Source: Camelus ferus | Lineage: Eukaryota | DNA length: 64,000 nt | Reading direction: 5' to 3' | Assembly (NCBI RefSeq): GCF_009834535.1 | Contig: NC_045697.1 | Location: 71,860,001 to 71,924,000, forward strand | In this document: positions 50,255 to 61,690 of the stretch, piece after piece | Position numbering within the stretch: position 1 is the stretch's first letter | Layout: every line of letters begins with the position of its first letter | Made by a program: the position numbers and the translations under genes | The notes under the pieces: model-generated | Database searches by the model: none | What the model was told of the DNA's origin: nothing | Seen by the model: only the letters and a program-made list of their open reading frames with translations

Positions 50255-50386
50255 CACAAAAATGAAGAAACACTTGGTCTGGCAAGATTAGATGACTTAC
50301 TAAAGTCATATAATTGGAAAGTAGCAAAACCGAGTACCAACAACCAAGTCTTCTTAATCCAGCTCAGCGCTCTCTCCACACATCAC
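50255..50386 (-). mobile_element. MIR fragment
   Basis: aaatgaagaaacac..gatgacttactaaagtcatata..gtagcaaaacc..accaagtcttcttaatcc..cagcgctctctccac. Confidence 0.7.
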
Positions 50387-50429
50387 TTCATGTAGTAAGG
50401 TAGGGGCAAATACAGAAGCCACCCTTACT

Positions 50430-50835
50430 GGTAACAGTTACTTACAGCTGCCATAACAAAGTTATGGCTTAAACAGCAGAGATTTATTGTCTCAGTTCTC
50501 GGGGCTGGAAGTCCGAAATCCAGGTGTTGGTAGTGTTGGTTCCTTCTAAGGCTGTGAGGAAAGGCTCTCCTCCAGGCCTTGCTCCTCAGTTTGTAGATGG
50601 CCAACTTCTCCCTATCTTTCTTCACATCATCTTCCCTCTCTGTACGTCTCTGTGTGTCTGATTTCTTTTTTTATAAGGACACCAGTCATTTTGGATGGGG
50701 CCCACTCTAATGACCACATTTTAACAGTATTATCCTGTAAAAATCCTGCCTCCAAATAAAGTCATATTCCGAGGTTCTGGGGGTTAAGATTCCAACATAT
50801 CAATTTGGGAGAGGAACATAATTCAACTTATAACA
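50430..50835 (-). mobile_element. MaLR solo LTR (MLT1B-like)
   Basis: gctgccataacaaa..ggcttaaacagcagagatttattgtctcagttctcggggctggaagtccgaaatc..ttataaggacaccagtcatt..gggcccactctaatgacc..ataattcaacttataaca. Confidence 0.92.
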
Positions 50836-50879
50836 CACTCCCCAAGGGAAATTCACAGGGGGAAGGCTCTTTTTCAAAG

Positions 50880-51048
50880 TATGTATTATGTGTGCATAAA
50901 TACGTTTATAGTATGTGTGTGCACACCTGTGTGTGCACACAGGTGTTTGTGTGTATACATGGAAGTGTGTATTATAGACATATAAGCATGGTATGTGTTT
51001 ACAGAAGCATATATATATCATGTCTGTGCACACACGTGTGTATGTGTA
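50880..51048. repeat. Degenerate (TG)/(TA)/(CA) alternating tract
   Basis: gtatgtgtgtgcacacctgtgtgtgcacacaggtgtttgtgtgtatacat...gtgcacacacgtgtgtatgtgt. Confidence 0.8.
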
Positions 51049-53130
51049 AAATCAGGCCCTTATTTTTATCTTTAAATACTATCTTCATATTTTTATAATA
51101 AAATTTTTCGTCTGAAGAAATGAATAAACTAATTCCAGAATTTTGAATAAACATAAAAATAATTAAGTCCATTACAATAATGGAGACACTAGGATGCATT
51201 TCTGCCGGTTTGAATCAATTAAATTAGAATGGAGGTCAAAGGATCCTATATTAAATTTCTTTATTTTTCTTTCTTTTTCCTCACTATAGTTTAATTATGT
51301 AAAGTAGAATTCCAAGAAGATGACTGCCAGGGAAGTTTTATTATCAACTTTCCTGACGTCCCTTTGTTAAATAGCTTCTAACTTGAAATGCTTGTTCATT
51401 ATCTAGATTCTGTTTCATTAAAGATTGATTTTGAAAAAAGTTTCATGTTCTTATAAATTTCCACCTTTGGTAATTTCACCTGCATTTGATATTTTATTAA
51501 AACAAAAACAATTTCATTTCTTGATGATTCACTGAGTTCCTCAGATCAAACATTCCTTTGAAGGAATTTGTTTATTGTATGAACTCATGGTTTCATATCA
51601 CCCTACACATCCAAACAGGTGCAAAAAATTAACAAATGAAACCAGTCTCCTTAGTCCTCCACTCTCAGTGTACTCCCTCTGGGTCTGTGGGCAAGTCTGG
51701 CAAAAGGCAAACCTCTAATGGAAGTTACGGAGCTCACACCCCTCCTCTTCTGTGCTCCAACTTGGCTTCTCCCATCTTCTCCACCCACTTCGCCCACCCA
51801 TTCTGACTTCCAGAACTTTTCACAAACTACCATCATTATATAGCTAGATGTAGGTCTTCCTTCTGTGCCTCTCTGTGCTCAGCTAAATGAAGTACTCAGC
51901 CCTCCAAAGTTTTATGATTCAGTTTCCTAGTGTTACTGATGTTTGAATTGCAAGCTTTTAAGGAATAATAAAATTCAAACCTCAAAATTATTAGACCTCC
52001 AAATGTAGCCCACAGGCAATGTGACAGAAACACTGCAGGGCCATTAATTTATTGGCGTTGAGCTCTGTCTTCCCATCTACTCATAAAGCTGACTCTTCCT
52101 GTTGTACCTAGAGGAATAGTAGAACAAATCACCATGTCCAATGCCCAGTTTCCCCAGAGAATGAGGGGAAAATAGGACTGTTGCCTCCTTCTCTAGTCTC
52201 TCAAATGCAATAATGCCTACTAACCACAGCTTCACCTGTACATATCAAGCCTCTACTTCCATGGCCTTTTATAAGGATGCGTGATTTACATCAACATCCT
52301 TCAAAATGTATGTACAATGCACAGCCATCACGAGAGGAGAGATAGATTTACACTCCACCTTTCAACACAGAATGGAAAACCAAGCCTGGGAAAAGTACCC
52401 ATGATGATAATTTATGAAGAGTTCTGGCAGCTACATTAGCTTTTGCTGAGAATTGCAAAATTGAATAAAGAGAGATTGCAAGCGTAAAAGAAAATTTAAA
52501 TTTCAAGCTAGTAAGGGCTGATTTGACATCTTTTAACATAAAATTTGGGGGAGAATTTGCCTCAGCAGACCGTAATACCAGCAAGGCTTCCTGAATAATT
52601 AAAGCAGAGTAGTCAAGGTGAGCATTACCTACTGGACTTGTTTTTTGAAGTAAAGGAATCTGGTTTGTTTTGGAAGCAGGGGCCTTCCAGAACGTTTATA
52701 TCCTGCACTAGAAATATATACTTAATGCAATATTCACTGTTCTTTTCTTCATTCTGTGTTTTATAGAAAACTTTGATATTAAAAGCTAGTTTTATTCTAT
52801 TTACCACTGTAAATAATTAAGTAATTAAATACAACTTCAGTTGTTATGAAAGTACCAAAGTGCCAGAAGGATCCTCTAAGACAGAACGAAGGGAGTGGGC
52901 TCTTTCTTCATTTCAAAACCTGGGATTTTTTCCAAGGGGTCTGAGAATCCAAACTCCTCAAGCATTCTTGTAGACTGAATACAGATGTTTCCCGTCTATG
53001 TAACTACTATTTTACATATGCATAGCAGTTTTACTTACAGACATCCCAGTCACCATTCCATATGCCATTTTTGCAAGTTTTTATCTCTTGGCTCATTTTC
53101 TCTTTATCATTATTTTCCATCCACATCTAT

Positions 53131-53310
53131 TAGTGGTTCTCAACTTCGGCTGCAAACCAAATCTCATGAGGAACTTTTTAAAAAGAAGTAATAGATAGGT
53201 CCCACTCCCATGGAATTTTCATTTAACTGCTCTGAGAAGGAGCCTAGACTTTCATATTTTTCAGAGCTCTCCAGGTAATGTTACTGTGCACCCAGGGTTG
53301 AGAATTGCTA
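53131..53310. mobile_element. MER5 (MER5A1/MER5B-like) hAT-Charlie MITE
   Basis: TIRs tagtggttctcaac / gttgagaattgcta; internal gagctctccaggtaatgttactgtgcacccagg. Confidence 0.88.
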
Positions 53311-53319
53311 AGGTAGACA

Positions 53320-54680
53320 ATTCTGTCCACACTGGGCTTCCCGCTCCAAATCTGTCCTCTTGCTGTGACACCCTCCATGTCACTTCAGCCACCTACCCTA
53401 GTGGTTGTACAGTAGATCTTACCAATAACTTCAGTCCTCCATAATGTCAGTCTGAAGCATGCCACTCCTTCTACTATTTCTTTTTCAAATATTCTCAGAG
53501 CCCACTTTGACCTTCACTCCATTGGCCACCTTTAAACTGAAACTTTGAAACTGAAAATCATCTCTTTATACTCTCACTTCCCCTCATCCCCACTTTCAAT
53601 GTCACGGTCCACCCTTATAATCACTCTACTGCATTAGCCATAACTCTTCTGTCCCTCTCATATTCTCTTGTTTATGCCTGAAAATACACTACTACTGGAC
53701 AAATCCAATCTCCCTCATGCCCCGTACCTGGAATGCTGGACAAAAACACAACTATGATGACTAGTCTCTCTTCAAATCCTTACCTACTAACCACAAATGC
53801 GTCCTTAGACCATTCTAGCAATCTAATCCTATTTCCCTTCCTAACTCACTCTTCTAGGCTCCTAGATGACTATTATATATTTTCTACTCTCCTCAAACTT
53901 TCTTCCCTCTCGTAATGGCCTTGCTTCTCTTTTTATTAAAAAGTTAGAAACCATCAGAAAAACAATTTCGACAAGCTTCTACCACAAAATCCTCATACAC
54001 CTGTACCTTGCCCACATATATTACATTGATAATACAGCATCAAAACCATAATAATCCTCAAGGTAACTCTATCCAGATTATTGAGGGAAAGCTTAGGAAG
54101 AAAACACGGCAATCAAGTGAAGGAAAAGATAGCCTGTATAATAGCAATAAACAAGGATGTATGTACCACATTCATTGACTTAACAAATATTTATTGATCA
54201 GCTTTCATATGCCAGTCAATATTCAGTGTTCTTCTACAACAATAAACAAACAAAGTCCTTTAACACCCTAGGCATCCTCTTATCTTAGAGCTTTTGCACT
54301 TCCTACACGGAAGAGTCTCCCCAGTATCTGAATGACTAATTCCTCACCTCCTTCAGATCTTGGCTCAAATGTCACTTTCTCAATAAAGCCTACCCTTTCC
54401 ACACTATTGTAAATTTCAACCTTATATCCCATGCCCTCCCATATCCCTTATCCTACTTCATTATTTACTTTTTCTATAACATATTTGCTATTCAACACAC
54501 TCTATATTTTATGTATTTGTAATGTATATATGTATATAGTTTTTAATTTTCTGTTCTCTGTTCTAGAATATGAGCAACATGAATGTAAGTACCTTTATTT
54601 GCTTTGTTCACTGATACATTCTAAGCACTCATAATAATCTTTGAATAGAGAAAGAAGGCTCTCAACATTTGTTGAATCTC
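53320..54680 (+). mobile_element. L2 fragments (mostly +; a short antisense L2 tip at about 54165-54260)
   Basis: ccttgcttctctttttattaaaaagttagaaaccatcagaaaa; agagcttttgcactt..ctcacctccttcagatcttggctcaaatgtcactttctcaataaagcct..ctctcaacatttgttgaat. Confidence 0.75.
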
Positions 54681-54684
54681 TCTC

Positions 54685-55690
54685 ATTCTCTAAATTTTCT
54701 CTGTCTCAAACTCATTAAATATATGTTTTGTCTTCTCGAAATATAGGCCACATTGTTCAACCTCTGCTTCAGATTTTCTGTCTCTTTAACCCTTTATTTC
54801 TCCTCTGGCTAATTTCTTCAGATCTATTTTACAATTTATTAATTCGCTTTTCAACTATGTCCCTCTCCATTGTAGTTTAATAGCTTTTTTTTTCTTTTCA
54901 TTTCTGGAAGTTCAACTTTGTTCCTTTTAAACATACTTTTTATTTATAATGCTTTCCTTTGTTACAATATTGATTCATTTTCATATCTCCTTAAACATAC
55001 ATATTTCATCATAAACAAACATATTTCATAGTGCCTATTAATAATTCTTATATCTACTGATAAGTCCTTAGGTATCTAATTCTACTGTTTGTGTGTCTAT
55101 CACACTAACCATAAGTAGATTTCCCTGTGTCTTTTGGATTGTGAGGGGTTCTATTTGTGACGATCTTGTGCAGCCCAAGTTTAGGGTGAACATAACCAAA
55201 AGAGTTTGTATTTGCTTCTGCCAGTCATTCTTTCTTATGTTCCACTTCTCAGCTTGGTGACTTCTGTACCATGCAGTTAGTGTACATTCAAACCTCACAC
55301 ACATGGCCAAAATATGACTACAAATTATTAAGAGAGTTTCTTTCCACAAAAGAACTAAATAGAAATATATAATCTCCCATCTTTGTAGGCAGATTTTTTT
55401 TTTTCTTGTTCATACTTTTACTAGGGATGCAGCTTTTGGAGAGGTCTCAGTTCCTACTCTGTGTTGTTAAAGTCCAGGTTCTAAGGCCCTGCCTCATACA
55501 GACATTAAATCCAAGTGTTCTAGTCGCTTTAACATCACAGTATTACCTCTATATTAGTTCATTCTTTGTTTTGACCACGTGGATGTCACTAAATTTTCTA
55601 TAAGTTCAGCTATGCATTCAAAAGGAAGTTTGTTATATCTTAACCATAATTTCCAGTTGTTTGTTGTAGGTAGGTTTTCAAGTTATATAT
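54685..55690 (-). mobile_element. Old L1M/HAL1-like 5'/ORF1 region, antisense
   Basis: T-rich; ctaatttcttcagatctattttacaatttattaattcgcttttcaactatgtc..catttctggaagttcaactttgttcctttt. Confidence 0.6.
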
Positions 55691-55944
55691 GAAAATAAAA
55701 TTGAAAATCAATGACCATATATATATAATTGACATTATAAGAATCTTCCTTTCAATCTTTTCCAATATCCTTTCATTTCTAGTTTTTCAGTATAATGCTG
55801 TTTGTGTTATTTGGTGATGTAGTTAATAGAAGTTCAAGTTAGTTAAATGTGTGATTATTTTTAGTTTTCACTGTAACTCGAGAAAAGGTAATAAAACCAC
55901 ATTTCAATTCTAATTCAACCTAATGGAATGAATGATGTGCATAT

Positions 55945-56165
55945 GTAAAGCACTTTCCTAAGTATATTTACATGTTATTAACATCTTCAATTCTCATAAC
56001 TCTGTGAAGTGAGTACTGATGTTAACCTCCATTTTAGATACAAGGAAAGTGTCATAGAAAATGGTTAGATGACCTGCTCAAGGTTACACTGTAAGAGTTT
56101 TAACTGAGAATTTTACCTAATAATTCTAATTTCAAACACTGATCTAGAAATAAATATTCTATCCT
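55945..56165 (-). mobile_element. MIR SINE
   Basis: ctaagtatatttacatgttattaacatcttcaattctcataactctgtgaagt..ctccattttagatacaaggaaa..gatgacctgctcaaggttacac. Confidence 0.82.
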
Positions 56166-56814
56166 GCAAATTAAGTAACTACAAAAATTGCAGGCCTTGA
56201 TGACTGTAAGCAAGAAAAAAAGTTCTTTGGGATTTTGGAGGAGGAAGCAATCATTTTTAAGTCAGAGGAGAGAACCAGGGACAGTAAATCAGTCTCCATA
56301 CCATAGCACTTACAAAGCAACAGAATATGTCAGATTCACTAGAATCATCAACCATCAGATGCAGCACATAGTTAAAATATCAAGCATGTCACATTATCAT
56401 TTTATGCACAAGGCTATCCCAGTTACCAAGTAGTAGCAGGAGCACAAATTCAAAATAAGATTATCTACTTTTTTTTCAATTGCTTCTGGCATTTAAAAAT
56501 TTCAAGCTCTTAAACATCAATATTACGTAACAGACTTAGACAAAATTAATTCTGATGTTAGTTTTGGGCTTCAGAACTTACTCTTCCAGGTAGAAATACT
56601 GAGATTACCCTACCAAAGTCTCAGGCAACTATTTCTGATCACCAGGGTCCCTTCTCACAACATGGTTTATTTCAACATTGGTAAAAATGTTCAATCTAGT
56701 ATTTTTCAGAACTCTGGAGATTAAAATAGGCATTCTTACTTTAGAGTAGATAATCTGGCTTTAACCTTTACTTAAAGATTTCATTGCTAAAATTTTGAAC
56801 CACTCATTTCAATG

Positions 56815-57028
56815 ATATTAGCCAACATTTATTTAAGAATGTTAATTTAATCCTCTCAACAATCTTATGAGGCAGGTACCATTACCATCATTATTCCCAT
56901 ATTGTAAGTAAGGAAACTGAAAAACAGAGGAATTATCTAATTTGTCCAAGCTTATACAATCAGTAATTGGTGAGCCTGCAGATAAGCCCAGAGAGTTTAG
57001 CTCCAGAGATATCACATTTAACATCTAT
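56815..57028 (-). mobile_element. MIR SINE
   Basis: atttaatcctctcaacaatcttatgaggcaggtaccattaccatc..ggaaactgaaaaacagagg..taatttgtccaag. Confidence 0.88.
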
Positions 57029-57056
57029 ATCCAGCCCAGCATCAACTGTAGGAGTA

Positions 57057-57900
57057 CAGTTGTGCCCCTTTATCCATTTTTGCTTTCTGTAATTTAAGTT
57101 ACCTCCTATTAACCTCCATCTGAAAATATTAAATGGAAAATTACAGAAAAAAACAATTCATAAGTTTTAAGTTGTACAGCATTCTCAATAGCGTGATGAA
57201 CTCTTGTACCATCTGGATCCATCCTGCCAAGATCATGAATTATCCCTCTGTCCAGCATATCCCACTGGTGAGTAGCTGAGTAGCCAGCTCGGTTATCAGA
57301 TCATCTTTGTGCTATCACAGTGCTTTTGTTCAAGTCACACATATTTGCTTAATAATGGCCCCAACGACCCAGAGTAGTGATGTGGGCATTCAGAAATGTC
57401 AAAGAAAATCCATAAAGTGCTTCTTTTAAGTGAAAGGCAAAAGTTTTCGACTTAATAAGGAAAAGAAAAAAATTGTATGCTGAGGCTGCTAAGGACTATG
57501 GTAAGAACAAATCTTTTATCCATGAAATTGTGAAGAAGAAAAAAGAAATTCATTCTAATTTTGCTGTTGCACCTCAAACTGTAAAAGTTAGGGTCACAGT
57601 GTGATAAGTGCTCAGTTAAGATGGAAAAGGAATTAAATTTGTGCAATAATATATTTTGAGAGAGAGAGACAGAGCCCCCATTCCCATAACTTTTATTACA
57701 GCATATTATTATAATTGTTCTATTTTATTATTAGTTATTGTTGTTAATTTCCTACTGTATCTAGTTTAAAAATTAAACTTTACCATAGGTATGTATGTAT
57801 AGGGAAAAAACATAGCATATATTGGATTCAGTACTATCCATGGTTTCAAGCATCCACTGGGGGTCTTGTAATATATCTCCCACAGATAAGGGGGCAGTAT
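57057..57900 (+). mobile_element. Tigger7-derived non-autonomous TcMar element (MER44-like) retaining a decayed transposase N-terminus
   Basis: Left end ta|cagttgtgcccctttatcc; right end gataagggggcagta; internal atggcccca.. (57355) with decayed DLIRKEKK.YAE.AK.YGKN.S.I.EIVKK.KEI HTH segment. Confidence 0.9.
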
Positions 57901-59439
57901 ACGAAGTGTACTAGAAGCCAATTTGTACCATACCTTTGGTATTTTAAAAGACAGGATGAGAGTACCCGTGGCAATCCTCTATTAGGAATGCTACCTGCCA
58001 CTTTACTCAAGTATCTAGGAAGTTTGATCACCTATTTGATGGAGATGCTAAATCTGGCTGAGCAGTTGCTGTCTCCTAATCCATGTTAGCCTCCCAAGAT
58101 ATCTTTGGGCTGGGAGTCAGATCCCAAATGAAAAGGAGGTATTGGTATTGTCTGAGTTAGCAGGACAGCCACTGGCATACACAAACATAAGAGCAGAGAC
58201 CATAATGCCTGCCTTTCCTGTGGTTTCACCAGACCTGTATTGCTCAATGCCTAGAAAATCCTAAAATGAAGGACTAGCAATTGACGTGCCTAACAAGAGC
58301 TGTCTTCCTCTCTCCCTTCTAAGTGCTCTTTCAAACCTGTAATCCTAGATATTGAGACTTTATGTATTTTACTTTTAATTATTTATTACTGTTTCTCATC
58401 CTAAAAATTTTCTTAATCGTGTTTTGTTTCAGAGACCCCAAGCCATCTTCTTTCTCTCCTTTGATGGATCCTTTTAGAGAATAGCCAAGAAAAGTTTAGT
58501 ACCATCACTGGGGACAAGCTGTGCATTCTCATCAATATTCTGAGAAACATTGGGGTTGGCTTGGGAAGTTCCAGTGTGCAAGCCATAGCAATTAATTTTA
58601 AATATTTCTGTTTTTTAAAAAATGCCATGAAGAAAGCTTTGTGAAAGATAGCTAAAGAATATTTTTCCTAGAATATTAATCTCAAACAGACATCCCCAGG
58701 AGGACACAGGAAGAAGGAAAAACTTAATCAGAACCAGCAACTAGAAATACAAAACTTTGTAGTAGTAAAAAAACATTCAAAATATATAGTTCATCATATC
58801 AATCGAAGCAGGAACTTTGACATAATCTCTACCTGGGCTGCAAATTTCACTTTCCTCCATCTTCATGGGAGGTCAAATTGATAATGAAATCAAAGACAGT
58901 ATTCTCTGTAATTAAAAATTATTTCAGTGTATCAGATTTAACCTAATACTCTGGTCATGAATTATCTAGATATTTGGGACACATATAAAGGAGTACATAA
59001 AATATTGTAAGCTGATATTTGCCTGCCTCCATAATCAGGATTTTGTATTTTTCAAACCACTGAAGATAATGTCGATGTAGTTTGATAAACGTTCAGTGTC
59101 TTCCCTGGCCACAAACATCTCCAGGACATTTCTGGATTTGGCCAGTCATGGAAAGCAATGGAATTCTGCTATGATTTTCAAAGTCAGATGACTTTCCTTT
59201 CTCTTTAAAAAATGAAACATCTTGGAAATGGAATTAAAGAAAGTTTTGTACTGTAAGGTGCATTTATCCAGGAAACTATAAGGTGTATAAAAGATATGAT
59301 AAAAGTATTAAGATTTTGCCTGCATGAAGAAGAGCAAGTTTTCAATTTTTGTACATCATGCTTCTGAGAATGGTGTTCCTTATTGCAAGGAACAACTTTC
59401 ACCAGTATTGTCTGGATCATGAGGTCTTGTAAACAGTTC

Positions 59440-60135
59440 ATAGACCAAGATGCTAGTAGTTAAGGTATTGAGAAGTGATGAATTCTGATTATATCTTAAA
59501 GGCAGAGCCACAGGATTTCCTGACAGAGGGGGTATGAGAAAGAATTCAAGGGCAACTACAAGATTTTTGTCCTAAGAACCTGGAATTATGGAGTTGACAT
59601 CAGTTGAGATAGGGAAAAAACCACAAAGGGGACAGATTTAGAAGGAAAGAGCCAGAGTGCAGTTTTTAACATACAGACTTTGGAATGCTTGTTAGATTTT
59701 CATGTGAAGCTGCAATGGATGCAGCTGAATATACAAGCCTGGAATTTGAGAGGTCTGGGCATGGTAATAAAAGTATGAAAATTGTCAGCATGTGAGTGAT
59801 ATTTAAAGCCTTAAGAGTCAATGAGGTTGCCAAGGAAGTGAGGATAGATGCTGAAAATAAAGGACAAAAAACTCTCATGGGGGCAATCTAACATTACATG
59901 CTCAGGGAAAATGGGAACTTCCAGCAAGGGAGACTGAGAAGAAGTAGCCCATGACACAGAGGGAAGGTCATGAGGGTGCAACGTGGTGAAAGCCAGGGGA
60001 AGAACGGGTGGGTGTTAAGGAGAAGCAAATCATTCATGAGCCAAAGCTGCTCTTAGGTAGAGCGAAGTTGAGAACTGAGAACTCTCCACTTTACTTTGCA
60101 GTGTAGAAGTTATTGATGACCTTGATGAGATTAAA
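59440..60135 (-). mobile_element. L2 LINE
   Basis: tatatcttaaaggcagagccacaggatttcctga..ctggaattatggagttgacatc..gcagctgaatatacaagcctggaatttgagaggtctgggc..gtgatatttaaagcc..gttattgatgaccttgatgaga. Confidence 0.88.
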
Positions 60136-60194
60136 TTCAAAAAAGAGAAGAAAAACCTTAACAATTAAAACACTATTTAATTGGCTTTCATAAG

Positions 60195-60720
60195 TGTGAC
60201 AGGCAGAATAATGATTCCCCTGCTCCAAAGATGTCCTGTCCTAGTCCCTGGAATCTGTGACTATGTTCTGTAACATGGCAAATGGGAATTAATGTTGCAA
60301 ATGGAATTAAGGTTCTAAATCCGCTGACCTTAAAAATAGCTTATCGTGGACTATCCAGTGGGCCCAATGTGATCACAAGGGCCCTTAAAAGTGGGCAACG
60401 GAAGCAGAAGAGGAGGTCAGAGTGATGCAATGGACTTGACCCACCATTTACAGCTCTGAAGATGGAGGAAGGGGACCACAAGTCAAGAAATGCCAGTGGC
60501 TTCTAGAAGCTGGAAAAGGCAAAAACAAATGGATTCCCTCTTAAAGCCCTTGAAAAAAGTACACAGACCTGCCATTGGTTTGATTTTAGTGCAGTCAAGT
60601 CTCTTGTCAGACTCTGACCTACAGAACTGTAAATTAACAGACGTGTTTTGTGTTGTCACTAAATGTGTAATTTAATGTAATGTGTGTAATTTTGTATAGT
60701 AGCAATAGAAAAATAATACA
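60195..60720 (+). mobile_element. MaLR solo LTR (MLT1D-like), full length
   Basis: tgtgacaggcagaataat..gggcccaatgtgatcacaagggcccttaaaag..tctagaagctggaaaaggcaa..agcaatagaaaaataataca; near-TSD ataag/atagg. Confidence 0.92.
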
Positions 60721-60978
60721 ATAGGAGAGTTGTTCATTGTACCATCTCTTTCCCTTTCAGGCTTTAGGTCTTGATGGCTGTCACAGTTCAACTGTAAAGA
60801 TATTCGTGGTTCAGTGTGACTGATGCTAATTTTTCATAATCAATCTAAAAACAAGCTACACATTTCCAAGCAACTGATGCATAATGATGATTAAAAGGCC
60901 CATGTGAAGACAATTATTTCTAGGCATCTTAAAGTCCTAATGAGTTAGAAATGTTAATTCAAAGTAGAAATTTGAAGT

Positions 60979-61110
60979 GAGGAGGGTATAGCTCAGTGGT
61001 AGAATGTGTGCATAGCATACATGATGGTCCTGGTTCAATCTCCAGTACCTCCTTTAAAAAATTAAGTAAATAAACCTAATTACCACCACCCCCCCCCCAA
61101 AAAAAAAAAC
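60979..61110 (+). mobile_element. tRNA-derived SINE (camelid Vic-1-like) with TSD
   Basis: ggagggtatagctcagtggtagaatgtgtgcatagcatacatgatggtcctggttcaatctccagtacctcc..aaataaacctaattacc, C-run, A-tail; TSD aaagtagaaatttgaa (60961-60976) / aaaggagagatttgaa (61111-61126). Confidence 0.92.
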
Positions 61111-61399
61111 AAAGGAGAGATTTGAAAGAGAGAGTGCAGTTAATAATAGTTTTCTCCTTTTCTTGGAGTATATGAAAACTTAGAGTTGGGGCTAACAAAA
61201 AAAAAAAAGATTTGACCCACGATATACGTCAATGGAATAAAATCACAATACATCACAAGGAGAGAAAGAGAAAATAAGCAAATAATGATGGAAGTCTTGA
61301 AATAACCAAACTGCAATGTGAAGAAGGAAGAGTTCGAATCCTTGAAACAGAAGGCAATTCAGGCACAAGGTAAGCCTAAAATTCTATATATGTACTCTC

Positions 61400-61690
61400 A
61401 TGCAATTGTAGTCTCCTTTCAACTTCCCTTGTCTCAAAGAATGGTATCATCACCCACCAGCTGCCCAAATCATCAACTCTGCCTTCTTCTTCTTTTCTTA
61501 CAGTATCTGATCAATCATCAACTCCTGTCACCCTAACTCTCCTGTCTCTCTGTTCTCCCAGCGATTTATCTGGACCACCTCCATCTCTTGCCTGGTTTAC
61601 TCCAAAGCATCCTAACTTCTGGCCCATTCTCCTTTCCAAGTCATTCTTCAAATTTCTCCAAAGTGATCTTCTTAAAGCACAAATATGGAG
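61400..61690 (+). mobile_element. L2 fragment
   Basis: aatggtatcatcacccaccagctgccca..caatcatcaactcctgtc..ccatctcttgcctggtttactccaaagcatcctaact..aaagtgatcttcttaaagcacaaat. Confidence 0.8.

Noticed and set aside
61280..61375. Open purine-rich stretch ending in a strong donor (CAAG|gtaagc)
   Set aside because: No upstream acceptor, an in-frame stop just upstream, and an unrecognised peptide
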